Source: Methanobacteriota archaeon (GTDB lineage: Archaea > Halobacteriota > Bog-38 > Methanoflorentales > Methanoflorentaceae). From it: a stretch of 64,000 bases of DNA. Shown one piece after another: positions 38,766-49,782 of this stretch. Position numbers and translations under genes: made by a program. Below the pieces are notes generated by a model. That model searched no databases. It was given only the letters and a program-made list of their open reading frames with translations, and was not told where the DNA came from. Every line of letters begins with the position of its first letter. Position 1 is the first letter of the stretch. The DNA is taken from positions 512,001-576,000 of the forward strand of contig CAVRAO010000002.1 of the NCBI GenBank assembly GCA_963719035.1, in the 5' to 3' direction.

Positions 38766-39167
38766 CTAATGAGTCTCGGGTATCCGGTCCGGGGACTCAG
38801 AACCGGGAAAATCCTGAGCTGAGTTTGTGCACAAATACGCCCACACGCCTGTCGTCTCGGAGAGTCGTAACTTATCTAGCAGACTCTGACTTGGCGTGCC
38901 GTAGATGTCGATCAGTGAAAGATTGATGAGCTCTTTAGGGAAGGCAGACCCCGTCACCCCCATGTGAAACTCCGCCGATGCGGAATCATAGTGAACCTGG
39001 AGGACGATCAGTTGCATGCTGTTTTCGTTGAGATATGCGTTGTAGGCGATAATCTGGGGCTCTTTCGCCTTGACTAACTCAGCCAACTCGGCCATTGCCA
39101 CCTTGAGTTTCTCGAACTTGCCTTCACAAATTCTAAAGTCGCCCACAATGATGATACTCTCAGACAC
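38766..39167 (-). CDS. ABM-like (dimeric alpha/beta barrel) protein, probably frameshifted near the C-terminus
   Basis: F.I.EGK....K..M.EL...V...EP..I.Y..Y...H.DS.S.EFHM pattern. An alternative frame gives the more typical VHKLSSGFSRF end. Confidence 0.6.
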   Translation of the reverse strand: MSESIIIVGDFRICEGKFEKLKVAMAELAELVKAKEPQIIAYNAYLNENSMQLIVLQVHYDSASAEFHMGVTGSAFPKELINLSLIDIYGTPSQSLLDKLRLSETTGVWAYLCTNSAQDFPGSESPDRIPETH

Positions 39168-39411
39168 GTTATCACCCCTATAACAGCTACCGACCTGCGG
39201 GATAGAAAAAAGCTTTGTGCCAAACCCACGCGAAACAAGTCTTCCCCTCTGCATGCGCGACGATTTGCAGAGCTTTCTAGCTGCTAGAATGATGGGCGCA
39301 GAGACTTACCACGCGCTCAAGGATGTCTTGCTTTCAGAGTATGGTCGTGGCGCTAGCTCAAGAGCACATGATTAATAAGATGGCCTGACAACTACCATAA
39401 CGCGAGATTGA

Positions 39412-41262
39412 ATGACAGTCAAGTATGTTCCAGATACGAGCGTGTTGATCGACGGCAGGATCACAAAGCTCATAGACGAAGGCGAACTGCGTGGAGCGGC
39501 AATCATCATCCCCGAAGCCGTTGTCTCAGAGCTTGAAGCTCAGGCAAACCAAGGACGCGAGATCGGCTTTAAAGGGCTTAATGAGCTTAAAGCACTCGCA
39601 GAACGAAAACGCTCGGGTGAAGTCGACCTGATCTACGTAGGAAGGCGACCCACAGCGGATGAAATCAAACTTGCCTCAGTTGGGGAAATTGATGCGATGA
39701 TACGAACCGTGGCGCTCGAGAATGGTGCAACGTTTATCACGAGCGATGTCGTCCAAAGTGAAGTCGCCCGCGCCAAAGGATTGGATGTCACGTACCTCCA
39801 GCCTGAAAAGGGGGCGGAAAAACCGTTGCTGTTACAGAAGTTTTTCACTCGTGACACGATGTCGGTGTTTCTGAAAGAAGGTGTCCCTCCACGAGCTAAG
39901 CGTGGCTCGATAGCAGACCTTCGATTGGTCAATATTAGAAAGACTCGGATGAGCGAAAAGGAGATACGGGCAATTGCTTCAGACGTCATTGAACAAGCAA
40001 AATCCCGCTCTGACGGTTTTATTGAAATAGAACGCCGAGGCGCCACGATCGTTCAACTCGGCTCAATACGAATAGCCATTGCCAGACCCCCGTTTTCTGA
40101 TGGCATCGAGATAACCGCGGTACGCCCGATAGCGACGGTTAAGCTCGACGACTACAAATTCTCTGACGAACTGAAGAATCGGCTGATTCAATCGACACGG
40201 GGCATCCTGATCGCAGGACCCCCTGGATCCGGTAAATCGACGTTGGCTGCAAGCGTCGCTGAGTTTCTTGCAGGACAGGGCTTTATCGTCAAGACCATGG
40301 AAAGTCCACGCGATTTGCAGGTCCCCGACAACATCACGCAGTATTCTGCGCTCGAAGGTGATATGGCAAAGACTGCCGACATCCTTCTGCTTGTGCGACC
40401 AGACTACACGATCTATGACGAGGTGCGCAAGACTAACGACTTCAAGACCTTCGCTGACATGCGCCTTGCAGGGGTAGGAATGGTCGGCGTCGTACATACG
40501 ACCCGTGGTATCGATGCACTGCAGCGTTTGATCGGGAGAGTCGAGTTTGGCATCATTCCTCAAGTTGTCGATACCGTCATTTTTCTCAAGAAAGGTGAGA
40601 TAGAATTAGTCTATGACGTCCATTTTGCCGTCAAAGTGCCTTCAGGGATGATGGAAGCAGATCTTGCGCGGCCGGTCATAGAGGTGCGGAACTTTGAGAC
40701 GAACAAAGTTGAGTACGAGATCTATCTTTTTAGCAGGCAAATCGTCGTTATGGCGGTAGGCCCTAAAGAGCCGGTAAGAGCAAAACCAACGTGGAAGTTC
40801 GCTGCAAGGGAGATTGAAAGGGAGATCGATAAATATACCAAAGAGCCCGTCACTGTCGAGATCCTTTCTGACACACGCGCCAACGTGTACGTCAGCGATA
40901 GGGATATATCACGCGTTATCGGCAAGGGAGGCAAAAACATCGAAAAAGTTGAGGACGTCCTTGGCATCGACATTGACGTCCTTCAAACAAACGAAGAGTC
41001 GCGAAGATCCAAAGATCGTCAAAAAGACGCGCCGCAAAAAGCTCCTTCAAATGCCGAAATTGATCTCGCCGACAGACACGTTATTGTAACGTCAAACGCC
41101 CGTCCTGGTGAAATTGTTGACGTTTTAATCGATGATGATTACCTCTTCACGGCTACCATCGGACGAGGTGGCGAGATAAAGGTGACGAAGGGCACCAACA
41201 TCGCTAATCGTATCTTAGACGCGCTTGACCGTGGAGCACGCATCATGATGCGGAGCGCGTGA
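39412..41262 (+). CDS. PIN-domain ATPase with KH domain (PINA-type)
   Basis: VPDTSVLIDG PIN, GPPGSGKST, RPDYTIYDEVR and VIGKGG KH motifs. Confidence 0.93.
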   Translation: MTVKYVPDTSVLIDGRITKLIDEGELRGAAIIIPEAVVSELEAQANQGREIGFKGLNELKALAERKRSGEVDLIYVGRRPTADEIKLASVGEIDAMIRTVALENGATFITSDVVQSEVARAKGLDVTYLQPEKGAEKPLLLQKFFTRDTMSVFLKEGVPPRAKRGSIADLRLVNIRKTRMSEKEIRAIASDVIEQAKSRSDGFIEIERRGATIVQLGSIRIAIARPPFSDGIEITAVRPIATVKLDDYKFSDELKNRLIQSTRGILIAGPPGSGKSTLAASVAEFLAGQGFIVKTMESPRDLQVPDNITQYSALEGDMAKTADILLLVRPDYTIYDEVRKTNDFKTFADMRLAGVGMVGVVHTTRGIDALQRLIGRVEFGIIPQVVDTVIFLKKGEIELVYDVHFAVKVPSGMMEADLARPVIEVRNFETNKVEYEIYLFSRQIVVMAVGPKEPVRAKPTWKFAAREIEREIDKYTKEPVTVEILSDTRANVYVSDRDISRVIGKGGKNIEKVEDVLGIDIDVLQTNEESRRSKDRQKDAPQKAPSNAEIDLADRHVIVTSNARPGEIVDVLIDDDYLFTATIGRGGEIKVTKGTNIANRILDALDRGARIMMRSA

Positions 41263-41426
41263 CGGTCTATTTGAATAGAACGCGGGCGCGTTACACTGGA
41301 CTCATTGCCGCGCAACGATTGAACTCGCTAGTCCACCCGCTGAGATCAAAAGAGATTAGTAGACCGACAGGCACAGCTAGTAGGCGTGCGCGTTCGAGAG
41401 CGCGGCTAATGGAGCTTATAGCCAAC

Positions 41427-41864
41427 ATGAAAAAAGATAAGGTAACAGCGGCTCTGTTGTATGTCGGAATTTTCGCCGGAATCCCTCTAGCAATCATCGT
41501 CGCTCTATTTTTTCTCCCAGTTTTGAATAGCGTCGATCCAACCGCTATCGTCATTCTCATTATTTTCACTGTTGTGCTTGTTGCCCTGTGGATTTTTGTG
41601 CCACGCGAAAAGCCAGTTGTACGACAGCGAAGAAGCGCCAAAGAAAGAAGAACAGCAGCACGCCAAGCGGTTCCTGCACCAAGCGAAGCTTATGAAGGGC
41701 CGACTGACGAGGAAAAGGGAAGAATAGAGAGCTCAGATGAGAAGCGCGAGCCATTCGTCGATGCCGTAGAGAAATCGACTCACCATCCAGCAGCGCAACC
41801 TGAAATACGGCGAAAGGCTCAAAGCAAAGCTCGAAAAAAGAGCTCGAAGAAGAAGAAGCGTTGA
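41427..41864 (+). CDS. Hypothetical protein, two N-terminal TMs and basic tail
   Basis: Hydrophobic pair followed by a charged tail. Start moved downstream of the ORF-track start. Confidence 0.65.
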   Translation: MKKDKVTAALLYVGIFAGIPLAIIVALFFLPVLNSVDPTAIVILIIFTVVLVALWIFVPREKPVVRQRRSAKERRTAARQAVPAPSEAYEGPTDEEKGRIESSDEKREPFVDAVEKSTHHPAAQPEIRRKAQSKARKKSSKKKKR

Positions 41865-41922
41865 ACTGCAAGGAACCGGCTAGCTGCAGTGACACAGAAG
41901 ACAAATGTAGGTCACAGCAGTG

Positions 41923-43494
41923 TCAAAGCACGACGGCTTTCGCGACGGATATCCCATCGATCTCTCTGATCTGTGCCAAAACCTGATCTGAAATCGGATC
42001 GTCAAGCGCGAGCACCATCACCGCGCCCCCTCTGACTTTGTCGCGACCTACGTTCATTCCAGCGATATTGATATTGTTGTTACCGAGTAGCGTGCCGACC
42101 TTACCTATGACGCCGGGCTTGTCGATGTGGGACGTTATCAGCATGCAGCCCCTGGTTTCCGCGTCTACGTGATAGTTGCCGATCTTGACGATACGCGGTT
42201 GATCCCCCAGAAAAAGGGTTCCCGACACCGACCAGTCGTCACCCTTGTCGCTGTCTATCCTGACCGTTATTAGACTCTGAAAATCTTCGAGCCGTTCCGT
42301 CTTCGTCTCCGTGATCCTAATGCCCCGCTTCTTGGCAAACATCTGTGCGTTGACAAAATTGACTGGTGACTCCAACACGTGATCGAGCACGCCTTTCAGG
42401 ACTGCTATGGTCAACGGGTGAACATCGCATTGGGCCACCTCACCGACATACGTGACTTCAACGCCCTTAATCTGGCCCTCCACCAGCTGAATACAGAACT
42501 TCCCGAGTTGCTCTGAAAGCGGCATGTAACTCTTGACCGCGCCAAACGTCTCAGGGCGTATCGGAACGTTTACCGCGTTTCGAACTGGTTCACCTTTAAG
42601 GGCGCTCAGCGTCTGTTCCGCGATTGCTACCGAGACGTTGATCTGCGCCTCGACTGTCGAAGCGCCGAGGTGCGGTGTCACGATGCATGTATCTAACGTG
42701 AGAAGTGGACTTCCTATAGGGGGCTCATGTTCGAAGACGTCTAACGCTGCTCCGGCTATCTTGCCGCTTTTGAGACCCTCGAACAGCGCGTCTTCATCAA
42801 TGATGCCACCGCGCGCAACGTTTAAAATGCGGACACCGTCACGCATCTTCGCGATCTCCGGTGCCCCGATTAAGTGATATGTATCCTTCGTCAAGGGGGT
42901 ATGAATGGAGATGAAGTCTGAGTTTGCGAGAACCTCATCAAGCGACGCGATGTCGACGCGAAGCTCCTTTGCACGCTCAACGGTAATGAAAGGATCGTAG
43001 GCAATAACGTTCATCCCGAGAGCGCGCATTCGTTTCGCGACTTCAGCTCCAATGCGCCCGAGCCCGACGACGCCGAGCGTCTTGCCAAAGACCTCGACTC
43101 CGAGAAAACGCGAGCGTTGCCACTCACCGTTTCTCACTGACAGACTTGCCTGCGGGATGCTCCGCGAAAGGGCCATCATCAAGCTTATGGTGTGTTCGGC
43201 TGCTGAGATCATGTTGCCCTCAGGCGCATTAATGACGATGATGCCTTTCGCCGTCGCAGCATCAACGTCTATGTTGTCGACGCCAACGCCCGCCCGCCCT
43301 ATGACTTTAAGATTTGACGCTTCAATGGCGTCTTTCGTGACTTTTGTGGCACTCCTTACGATGAGAGCGTCGTAATCACCAATGATGCGGATAAACTCTT
43401 CCGGCAGAAGATCAGTCTTTACGTCGACGTCGTGTTCTCTTTTTAGGAGATCGACACCTGCCTTCGATACGGGGTCACTTACGAGTATCCTCAT
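41923..43494 (-). CDS. serA: D-3-phosphoglycerate dehydrogenase
   Basis: RAGVGVDNID, GLGRIG and TPHLGAST motifs, with ASB and ACT domains. Confidence 0.96.
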   Translation of the reverse strand: MRILVSDPVSKAGVDLLKREHDVDVKTDLLPEEFIRIIGDYDALIVRSATKVTKDAIEASNLKVIGRAGVGVDNIDVDAATAKGIIVINAPEGNMISAAEHTISLMMALSRSIPQASLSVRNGEWQRSRFLGVEVFGKTLGVVGLGRIGAEVAKRMRALGMNVIAYDPFITVERAKELRVDIASLDEVLANSDFISIHTPLTKDTYHLIGAPEIAKMRDGVRILNVARGGIIDEDALFEGLKSGKIAGAALDVFEHEPPIGSPLLTLDTCIVTPHLGASTVEAQINVSVAIAEQTLSALKGEPVRNAVNVPIRPETFGAVKSYMPLSEQLGKFCIQLVEGQIKGVEVTYVGEVAQCDVHPLTIAVLKGVLDHVLESPVNFVNAQMFAKKRGIRITETKTERLEDFQSLITVRIDSDKGDDWSVSGTLFLGDQPRIVKIGNYHVDAETRGCMLITSHIDKPGVIGKVGTLLGNNNINIAGMNVGRDKVRGGAVMVLALDDPISDQVLAQIREIDGISVAKAVVL

Positions 43495-43648
43495 TACTAC
43501 GATTCCTCGTCAAAAAATTGAAGCGCACAAAGTACGCCAACGCTATTCGAATAGCCTACACGTCAAAAGCGTATTTCTACTTTTTGTTGGAAAGACTTAT
43601 GTAACTACCACCGCAAATAGCAGTCACAAACTGCAAAGGATGCCGAAT

Positions 43649-45937
43649 ATGAAAGACAAACCAACTGTCGTCTGGCTAGAGGACGTCCGTATTGAAGACG
43701 TTCCTTCCGTGGGAGGAAAAGGGGCAAGCCTTGGAGAGATGATAAATGCGGAGATTCCAGTGCCGCGCGGTTTCGCTGTCACTGCACAAGCTTTCCGGCG
43801 CTTTTTGGACGAAACGGGCATCGCAAAGCAACTTTTTGCGACACTTCAAGTGAACGTCGACGACGCAAACGAGCTGGCTGCCGCTGCTGAAAAGGCTAAA
43901 AAGCTCATTTTAGCAACAAAAATGCCGCCGAATATGCGCAACGACATCATCACCGCGTACAAAGAGTTGGCAAAAAGAGAGGGCACAGAGCCTTTAGTAG
44001 CCGTGCGATCGAGCGCGACAGCTGAAGATATGCCTGAAGCAAGCTTTGCAGGACAACAGGAAACGTTTCTCAACGTTAAGGGCGCCAACAACGTCGTTGT
44101 CGCGGTTCAAAAATGCTGGGCCTCATTGTACGGAGCGCGGGCCATCTTCTACCGAATCAAGCAAGGATTTGACCATGAGTCCGTGAACATTTCGGCCGTT
44201 GTCCAAAAGATGGTCAACGCTGAAAAATCAGGCGTTATGTTCACATCCAACCCGACAACTGGTGCACCAGAAGCGATCATTGAGGGTTCTTGGGGCCTTG
44301 GCGAAGCCATTGTTTCAGGCTCCGTATCGCCCGATACATTCCTAATCGACAGAAAAACGCGACACATAAAAGCGAACGTCGCTACTAAGAAGATTATGGT
44401 TGTGAAGGATCAAAAAACGGGAGATACAACCACAATGGATGTCCCCGCAGACTTGCAAAACAAACGAGTCCTCAGCGACAGCGAGTTGAAAACGATTCTT
44501 GACCTCGGCGAACTCATCGAAGAGCATTATGAGAGCCCCCAAGATATCGAATGGGCAATCGAAAATGGAGAGGTATTCATCGTCCAATCACGGCCAGTGA
44601 CGACGATCAAGAGTGAGGGGGCAGAGCAAAAAACGGTCGCTGCAAGCGACGCAGAGAGGCTTCTCGAGGGTCTCGGCGCGTCCCCTGGCAAAGTATCGGG
44701 CAAAGTCAAGATCATTAGAAGCGTGGATGAGCTCGACAGAGTCTTAGAGGGAGATATACTCGTTACAGAAATGACCTCCCCAGACATGGTTCCCGCAATG
44801 CAAAGGGCGGCTGCGATCGTGACTGACGAAGGCGGTTTAACGAGCCACGCTGCTATCGTTTCTCGAGAGTTGGGCGTTCCCGCCGTAGTAGGAACCAAAG
44901 AGGCCACAAAAAAGCTTACGGACGGCATGTACGTTACCGTTGACGGTGAAAAGGGCATTATATTCGCTGGAGTGCTCGAGCGGGCTGAGGTGGCTCCGGC
45001 TGCTGGAACGGTCGCTATCGCCGCATCAAAGCCGATTACTGCAACCGAAGTCAAAGTTAACGTTTCGATAGCTGAGGCCACAGAGCGAGCCGTTGCGACG
45101 AGGGCCGATGGCGTTGGACTCTTGCGAGTCGAACACATGATCCTCGGAATGGGCAAACACCCGCACTGGTACATAGCGCACAACAAAAAAGACGAGTTCA
45201 TTAGCGAACTTCAGAAGGGCATTCGAACCGTGGTCGATTCATTCTTCCCGCGTCCCGTGTGGGTTCGCACGCTCGACGCCCCGACCGACGAGTTCCGAGA
45301 AATGGAAGGGGGCGAAGGGGAACCGATCGAGCCAAACCCCATGCTCGGCTGGCGCGGCATACGCCGCGATTTGCGTGACGTTGAAGTCTTCAAGATGCAA
45401 CTTCAGACGTTCAAAAACCTCATTGACGATGGCTACAGCAACATCGGCATCATGCTGCCCCTGGTTCAGCACCAAGACGAAGTCCGACAGGCTAAGCAGA
45501 TTATCGCAGAAATGGGCATTGACTTTGACAAGGTCGACGTTGGTATTATGATAGAGATACCGGCATCCGCCCTCATAATCGAGGACCTTGTCGCCGAAGG
45601 CATCGACTTCGTTTCGTTTGGGACGAATGATCTTACGCAATATACACTTGCAGTCGATCGCAATAACGAGAATGTCGCCTACCTATATAACGAGCAACAT
45701 CCCGCAGTGCTCAAGCTTATAGAATATGTTATTAGGTGCTGCAACAAGGCAGGCGTCGTGACTTCTATCTGCGGACAAGCTGGCTCAAACCCGAAAATGG
45801 CGGATAAACTGGTGCGCATGGGAATTAGCAGTTTATCGTCAAACATAGACGCCGTCGAGCGCGTCAGAGAGGCCGTAGCGCGGACGGAGCAACGCATCAT
45901 GCTCGAGGCCTCACGTGATCTGACGAACGGAGATTAG
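43649..45937 (+). CDS. ppsA: Phosphoenolpyruvate synthase
   Basis: VGGKGASLGE, AVRSSATAED, TSHAAIVSRE and SFGTNDLTQ motifs. Start adjusted. Confidence 0.96.
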   Translation: MKDKPTVVWLEDVRIEDVPSVGGKGASLGEMINAEIPVPRGFAVTAQAFRRFLDETGIAKQLFATLQVNVDDANELAAAAEKAKKLILATKMPPNMRNDIITAYKELAKREGTEPLVAVRSSATAEDMPEASFAGQQETFLNVKGANNVVVAVQKCWASLYGARAIFYRIKQGFDHESVNISAVVQKMVNAEKSGVMFTSNPTTGAPEAIIEGSWGLGEAIVSGSVSPDTFLIDRKTRHIKANVATKKIMVVKDQKTGDTTTMDVPADLQNKRVLSDSELKTILDLGELIEEHYESPQDIEWAIENGEVFIVQSRPVTTIKSEGAEQKTVAASDAERLLEGLGASPGKVSGKVKIIRSVDELDRVLEGDILVTEMTSPDMVPAMQRAAAIVTDEGGLTSHAAIVSRELGVPAVVGTKEATKKLTDGMYVTVDGEKGIIFAGVLERAEVAPAAGTVAIAASKPITATEVKVNVSIAEATERAVATRADGVGLLRVEHMILGMGKHPHWYIAHNKKDEFISELQKGIRTVVDSFFPRPVWVRTLDAPTDEFREMEGGEGEPIEPNPMLGWRGIRRDLRDVEVFKMQLQTFKNLIDDGYSNIGIMLPLVQHQDEVRQAKQIIAEMGIDFDKVDVGIMIEIPASALIIEDLVAEGIDFVSFGTNDLTQYTLAVDRNNENVAYLYNEQHPAVLKLIEYVIRCCNKAGVVTSICGQAGSNPKMADKLVRMGISSLSSNIDAVERVREAVARTEQRIMLEASRDLTNGD

Positions 45938-45966
45938 TCGCCGCTCCTTCAACTAGTGACTCAGCA

Positions 45967-47046
45967 ATGCACCAGGCTAATGAACTAAAGCGGGTAAATA
46001 GAGGCTACGAAAGAGTTCTTAGCTCTATGTGCACGTACCCGCATCCCGTGGCGGTACGAGCACATATAGATCATATTCACACGAACCTCGGTGATCCGAA
46101 CCTGTTTCCCGAAATTGCCGCGTTCGAACGACGTGCCATTGCTATCCTCGGAGGTTTACTCGGCGCAGCTGACGCCGTCGGTTACATTACCTCCGGTGGA
46201 ACGGAATCGAACATACAAGCAGTTCGAGCGAGCAAGCTAATCTCCAGCACGCAGAAGCCCAACATCATTGTTCCACAGTCGGCACACCAATCGTTTGAGA
46301 AGGCCCGGGATTTTACTGGCGTAGAGGTACGTCAGGCAAGACTCGATGAGCGTTACGCCGTTGACGTTACCGCAGTTGAAGAGCTCGTCGATGAGAACAC
46401 CATTTGTATTGTCGGAATTGCAGGCACGACGGCGCTAGGCGTGATCGATCCGATTCCCGCCCTCGCTCAGGTCGCTTTGGAGAATGACGCTTTTTTGCAC
46501 GTCGATGCGGCTTTTGGGGGCTTCGTTATCCCATTTCTTGAAAAAAAGTACCACTTTGACTTTGCCGTTGAAGGCGTTCGATCAATAGCCATCGATCCAC
46601 ATAAGATGGGTATGAGCACGATACCTTCAGGGGGGCTACTTTTTAAAAGGCCCGGTGACTTCGACGCCCTCAGCACGAACACGTTCTACTCAGTCGAGCG
46701 CTCTATGACCGGCACGAGAGGTGGCGCTTCGGTGGCTGCAACGCTTGCCGTGCTCGAGCATCTTGGGGTCCACGGATATCGAAACGTCGTTCGTGAATGC
46801 ATGCGATTGACGAACCTTTGCGTAGAAGAAGCTGCTGAATTCGGCGTTTATCCAGTAATCTCCCCAGTGATGAATATGATAGCATTCAAGTTGCCACGGT
46901 TACAGCAGCTCGCCCTTCGACTCACCGCGCGCGGCTGGCGGATATCTGTTATGGAGGGCGCACTGCGAATTGTCATAATGCCACATATCAATGAAACGAC
47001 GATTCTTGAGTTTATAAGTGATTTAAAAGAGCTCGTCAAGGATTAG
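45967..47046 (+). CDS. mfnA: L-tyrosine/L-aspartate decarboxylase MfnA
   Basis: SSMCT.PHP, NLGDP.LF, TSGGTESN, HVDAAFGG and DPHK motifs. Confidence 0.92.
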   Translation: MHQANELKRVNRGYERVLSSMCTYPHPVAVRAHIDHIHTNLGDPNLFPEIAAFERRAIAILGGLLGAADAVGYITSGGTESNIQAVRASKLISSTQKPNIIVPQSAHQSFEKARDFTGVEVRQARLDERYAVDVTAVEELVDENTICIVGIAGTTALGVIDPIPALAQVALENDAFLHVDAAFGGFVIPFLEKKYHFDFAVEGVRSIAIDPHKMGMSTIPSGGLLFKRPGDFDALSTNTFYSVERSMTGTRGGASVAATLAVLEHLGVHGYRNVVRECMRLTNLCVEEAAEFGVYPVISPVMNMIAFKLPRLQQLALRLTARGWRISVMEGALRIVIMPHINETTILEFISDLKELVKD

Positions 47047-47103
47047 CGGCATCACATTTTTACGCCATCGTCAGAAATCTTTGAAAACTGCCCGTCAGAT
47101 AAC

Positions 47104-48072
47104 ATGGACTTTGAAATTGAGCGAATCATTGAACTAGCGCGGGACAATAGAGCACGCGTGTTGACGCTCCAATTTCCCGAGGGGCTAAAGCGGTATGGCC
47201 CCCAAGTAGCGAAGCGTATAAAGGAACACATCAACGTCAAGGTTCTACTCTCGGGCAATCCGTGCTACGGCGCATGCGATCTGGATTATGAGACAAACGC
47301 TGATCTGCTAGTTCACTTTGGTCATGCAGAAATTCCTGAGCTCGCAGCACACAACGTCTGCTTCGTCGAGGTACGAAGCGAGGTCGACGTTATTCCGACA
47401 GTGAACGATGCACTCGCGCTCATCAACGGACCCCGGGTAGGCATCGTGACTAACGTCCAACACGTCCATACTTTAGACTCGGTTTGCCGTCACCTCGAAT
47501 CAGCCGGGTTACGTTGTTTCATCGGATGCGGGGACGGAAGAGTTAAGTATCGAGGTCAGGTTTTGGGCTGCAACTTTTCGTCCGCGCAGGCGATAGACGT
47601 AGAGGAGTATCTTTACGTCGGAAGCGGCGCCTTCCACGCCGTTGGCGTAGCGCTTGCAACGGGGAAACGGGTCATCGCCGCGGATCCATTCCTACGAAAA
47701 ACTTCAATTGCAGACGTTGACCTCATTATAAAGCAACGGTACGGACTCATTGCGAAGGCAATGGACGCACATACATTTTGCGTGCTTGCTAGCACCAAGA
47801 CAGGCCAGCAAAGGTTTAACCTTGCTTTCGAACTCGTAGAAGAAGCTATAGCACGTGGTTACGACGCGTACACAGTAACAATAAACGAAATAACTCCATG
47901 GACGCTTTACCAGTTCCCTGCAGAAGCATACGTGAACACGGCTTGTCCGCGCGTTTCGATAGATGATTCAGCGCTGTTTAAGGCCCCGATGCTGACGCCC
48001 ACCGAATTCGAAATGATACTCGGAAAACGAGATTTAAGCAAATACACTCTTGACGAGTTTTCCAGCGGCTGA
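47104..48072 (+). CDS. dph2: Diphthamide biosynthesis protein Dph2
   Basis: LQFPEGLK, CYGACD, HFGH, GQVLGC and ACPR motifs. Confidence 0.95.
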   Translation: MDFEIERIIELARDNRARVLTLQFPEGLKRYGPQVAKRIKEHINVKVLLSGNPCYGACDLDYETNADLLVHFGHAEIPELAAHNVCFVEVRSEVDVIPTVNDALALINGPRVGIVTNVQHVHTLDSVCRHLESAGLRCFIGCGDGRVKYRGQVLGCNFSSAQAIDVEEYLYVGSGAFHAVGVALATGKRVIAADPFLRKTSIADVDLIIKQRYGLIAKAMDAHTFCVLASTKTGQQRFNLAFELVEEAIARGYDAYTVTINEITPWTLYQFPAEAYVNTACPRVSIDDSALFKAPMLTPTEFEMILGKRDLSKYTLDEFSSG

Positions 48073-48114
48073 AGCGGCGCACTTATCTAGCTCTCGACGT
48101 CGCCTGACGACAGC

Positions 48115-49563
48115 TTAAGCGGAAGGAGATTGTAACGGAGGGTTGGTGGCGCGCTCACTTTTCTTCTTCGCGTTAATCGCGAACGCATCGAGTTTCAGTT
48201 GCGTAGCTCGTTCAACAGGTCTCTCGATCGGATACATGCCAGTAAGACAGCCCAAACAGAGCTTTTCGCGGGGTAGATCGATCGAATCGATAAGGCCGGC
48301 GAGGGTGATATACTTAAGTGAGTCAACGCCAATCATTAGTTTTACGCCGTCCACACTTTTCCGGGCGGCAATAAGCTCCCCGTATGTGGGCATGTCGATT
48401 CCAAGATGGCACGGCGAGACGATGGGGGGCGTCCCAATACGCATGTGCACTTCCTCGGCCCCAGCTGCTCGTAGCATGTCGACGATCTTGCGCGACGTCG
48501 TTCCGCGCACAATCGAGTCGTCGATCATCACGACCCGTTTGCCTGCGACGTGCTTCTTAATTACATTTAGTTTGAGCCTTACGGCCGTTTCACGCAAGTC
48601 TTGGCCAGGCATGATAAAGGTCCTACCTACGTAACGGTTCTTTATAAGCCCCTCTGTATACGGCAGCTTTGATTTTTCCGCGTAGCCAACTGCAAAAGCG
48701 ATTCCCGAATCGGGAACTGGGATGACTATGTCAGCCTCTACGTCCCCCTCTGCGAGCGTTTGACCAATCTTTCGCCGCACTTCGTAGATCAGGGAACCAT
48801 CGAGAACCGAGTCTGGGCGAGCAAAGTAGACGTATTCGAACATACAATGCGCCGTTACCGCTTTGTTAACTGCCCGTTGGCTCACGAACCCATCGGGCTT
48901 GAGAACGATGATCTCGCCCGGGCGGACGTCCCTGAGAAGCTCACCCCCAAGCGTGTCAATCGCCGCACTCTCGCTTGACAAGACATAACCATCGTCAAAC
49001 TTGCCAACGCAGAGTGGCTTGATCCCAAAGGGGTCTCGGACGCCGATGACGACATCATTTATAAGCAGCGTAAGGGAGTAAGACCCACGGAGCTTGTTCA
49101 TTAGCTCCTGAACGGCCGTGATAGTGTCGTATCGCATCAGTTCCTTCACCAGAAGGTGCGCGATGACTTCTGTGTCTGAATCTGACACAAATATACGGCC
49201 TTCTGCCTCGAGTCCTTGCCTGATGTCAAAGGAGTTGACGATATCGCCATTATGTGCGATCGCGATGGTGCCGCCCCGGTAGTTAACGAGTGCCGGTTGG
49301 CAGTTTTCTACTTCACTGAGGCCCGTTGTCGAATACCGTACGTGGCCAATGCCGCGCGATCCTTTAAGGTGTCCCAACCGGTGTTCGTCAAACACCTCGT
49401 GAACGAGACCCATCCCGCGCTCAATATGGATTGCAGAGTCGTGTGTCGCAATTCCGGCCGATTCTTGACCGCGATGCTGCAACGCATAAAGCCCGTAATA
49501 GATGGGTAATGCGACATCTTTGGAATCCAAGGCGATTCCGAACACACCGCACTTGTCTTTCAT
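48115..49563 (-). CDS. purF: Amidophosphoribosyltransferase
   Basis: CGVFG, LQHRGQESAG, FEYVYFARPDS and DDSIVRGTT motifs. Confidence 0.97.
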   Translation of the reverse strand: MKDKCGVFGIALDSKDVALPIYYGLYALQHRGQESAGIATHDSAIHIERGMGLVHEVFDEHRLGHLKGSRGIGHVRYSTTGLSEVENCQPALVNYRGGTIAIAHNGDIVNSFDIRQGLEAEGRIFVSDSDTEVIAHLLVKELMRYDTITAVQELMNKLRGSYSLTLLINDVVIGVRDPFGIKPLCVGKFDDGYVLSSESAAIDTLGGELLRDVRPGEIIVLKPDGFVSQRAVNKAVTAHCMFEYVYFARPDSVLDGSLIYEVRRKIGQTLAEGDVEADIVIPVPDSGIAFAVGYAEKSKLPYTEGLIKNRYVGRTFIMPGQDLRETAVRLKLNVIKKHVAGKRVVMIDDSIVRGTTSRKIVDMLRAAGAEEVHMRIGTPPIVSPCHLGIDMPTYGELIAARKSVDGVKLMIGVDSLKYITLAGLIDSIDLPREKLCLGCLTGMYPIERPVERATQLKLDAFAINAKKKSERATNPPLQSPSA

Positions 49564-49588
49564 CGGCTGTCCCTATTTGAAAATATGA

Positions 49589-49753
49589 CTAATACTTGTT
49601 AAGGAAGCTGTAGTTGCGAAGCCTTTTGGAGCGACCAAACCCACAATGGACGCATGTTTTTTTGCGAAAGTTGTATGAGACAGCGCCACAGCGCCTGCAC
49701 ATCACGTGCGTGCGTTTCTGCCGCTTGCCCATTGATGGTGTTCCCTTAGTCAT
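49589..49753 (-). CDS. rpl37e: 50S ribosomal protein L37e
   Basis: Hand translation [48 protein letters not shown]... Confidence 0.96.
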   Translation of the reverse strand: MTKGTPSMGKRQKRTHVMCRRCGAVSYNFRKKTCVHCGFGRSKRLRNYSFLNKY

Positions 49754-49782
49754 TCGGTTGCCTCGCAGAGTGTTGCTTTACG

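Noticed and set aside
43382-43648. N-terminal extension of ppsA in the ORF track
   Set aside because: Overlaps the serA start and the divergent promoter region. PpsA similarity begins at about MKDKPTVVWL.
44527-45201. 224-aa minus-strand ORF
   Set aside because: Antisense to ppsA
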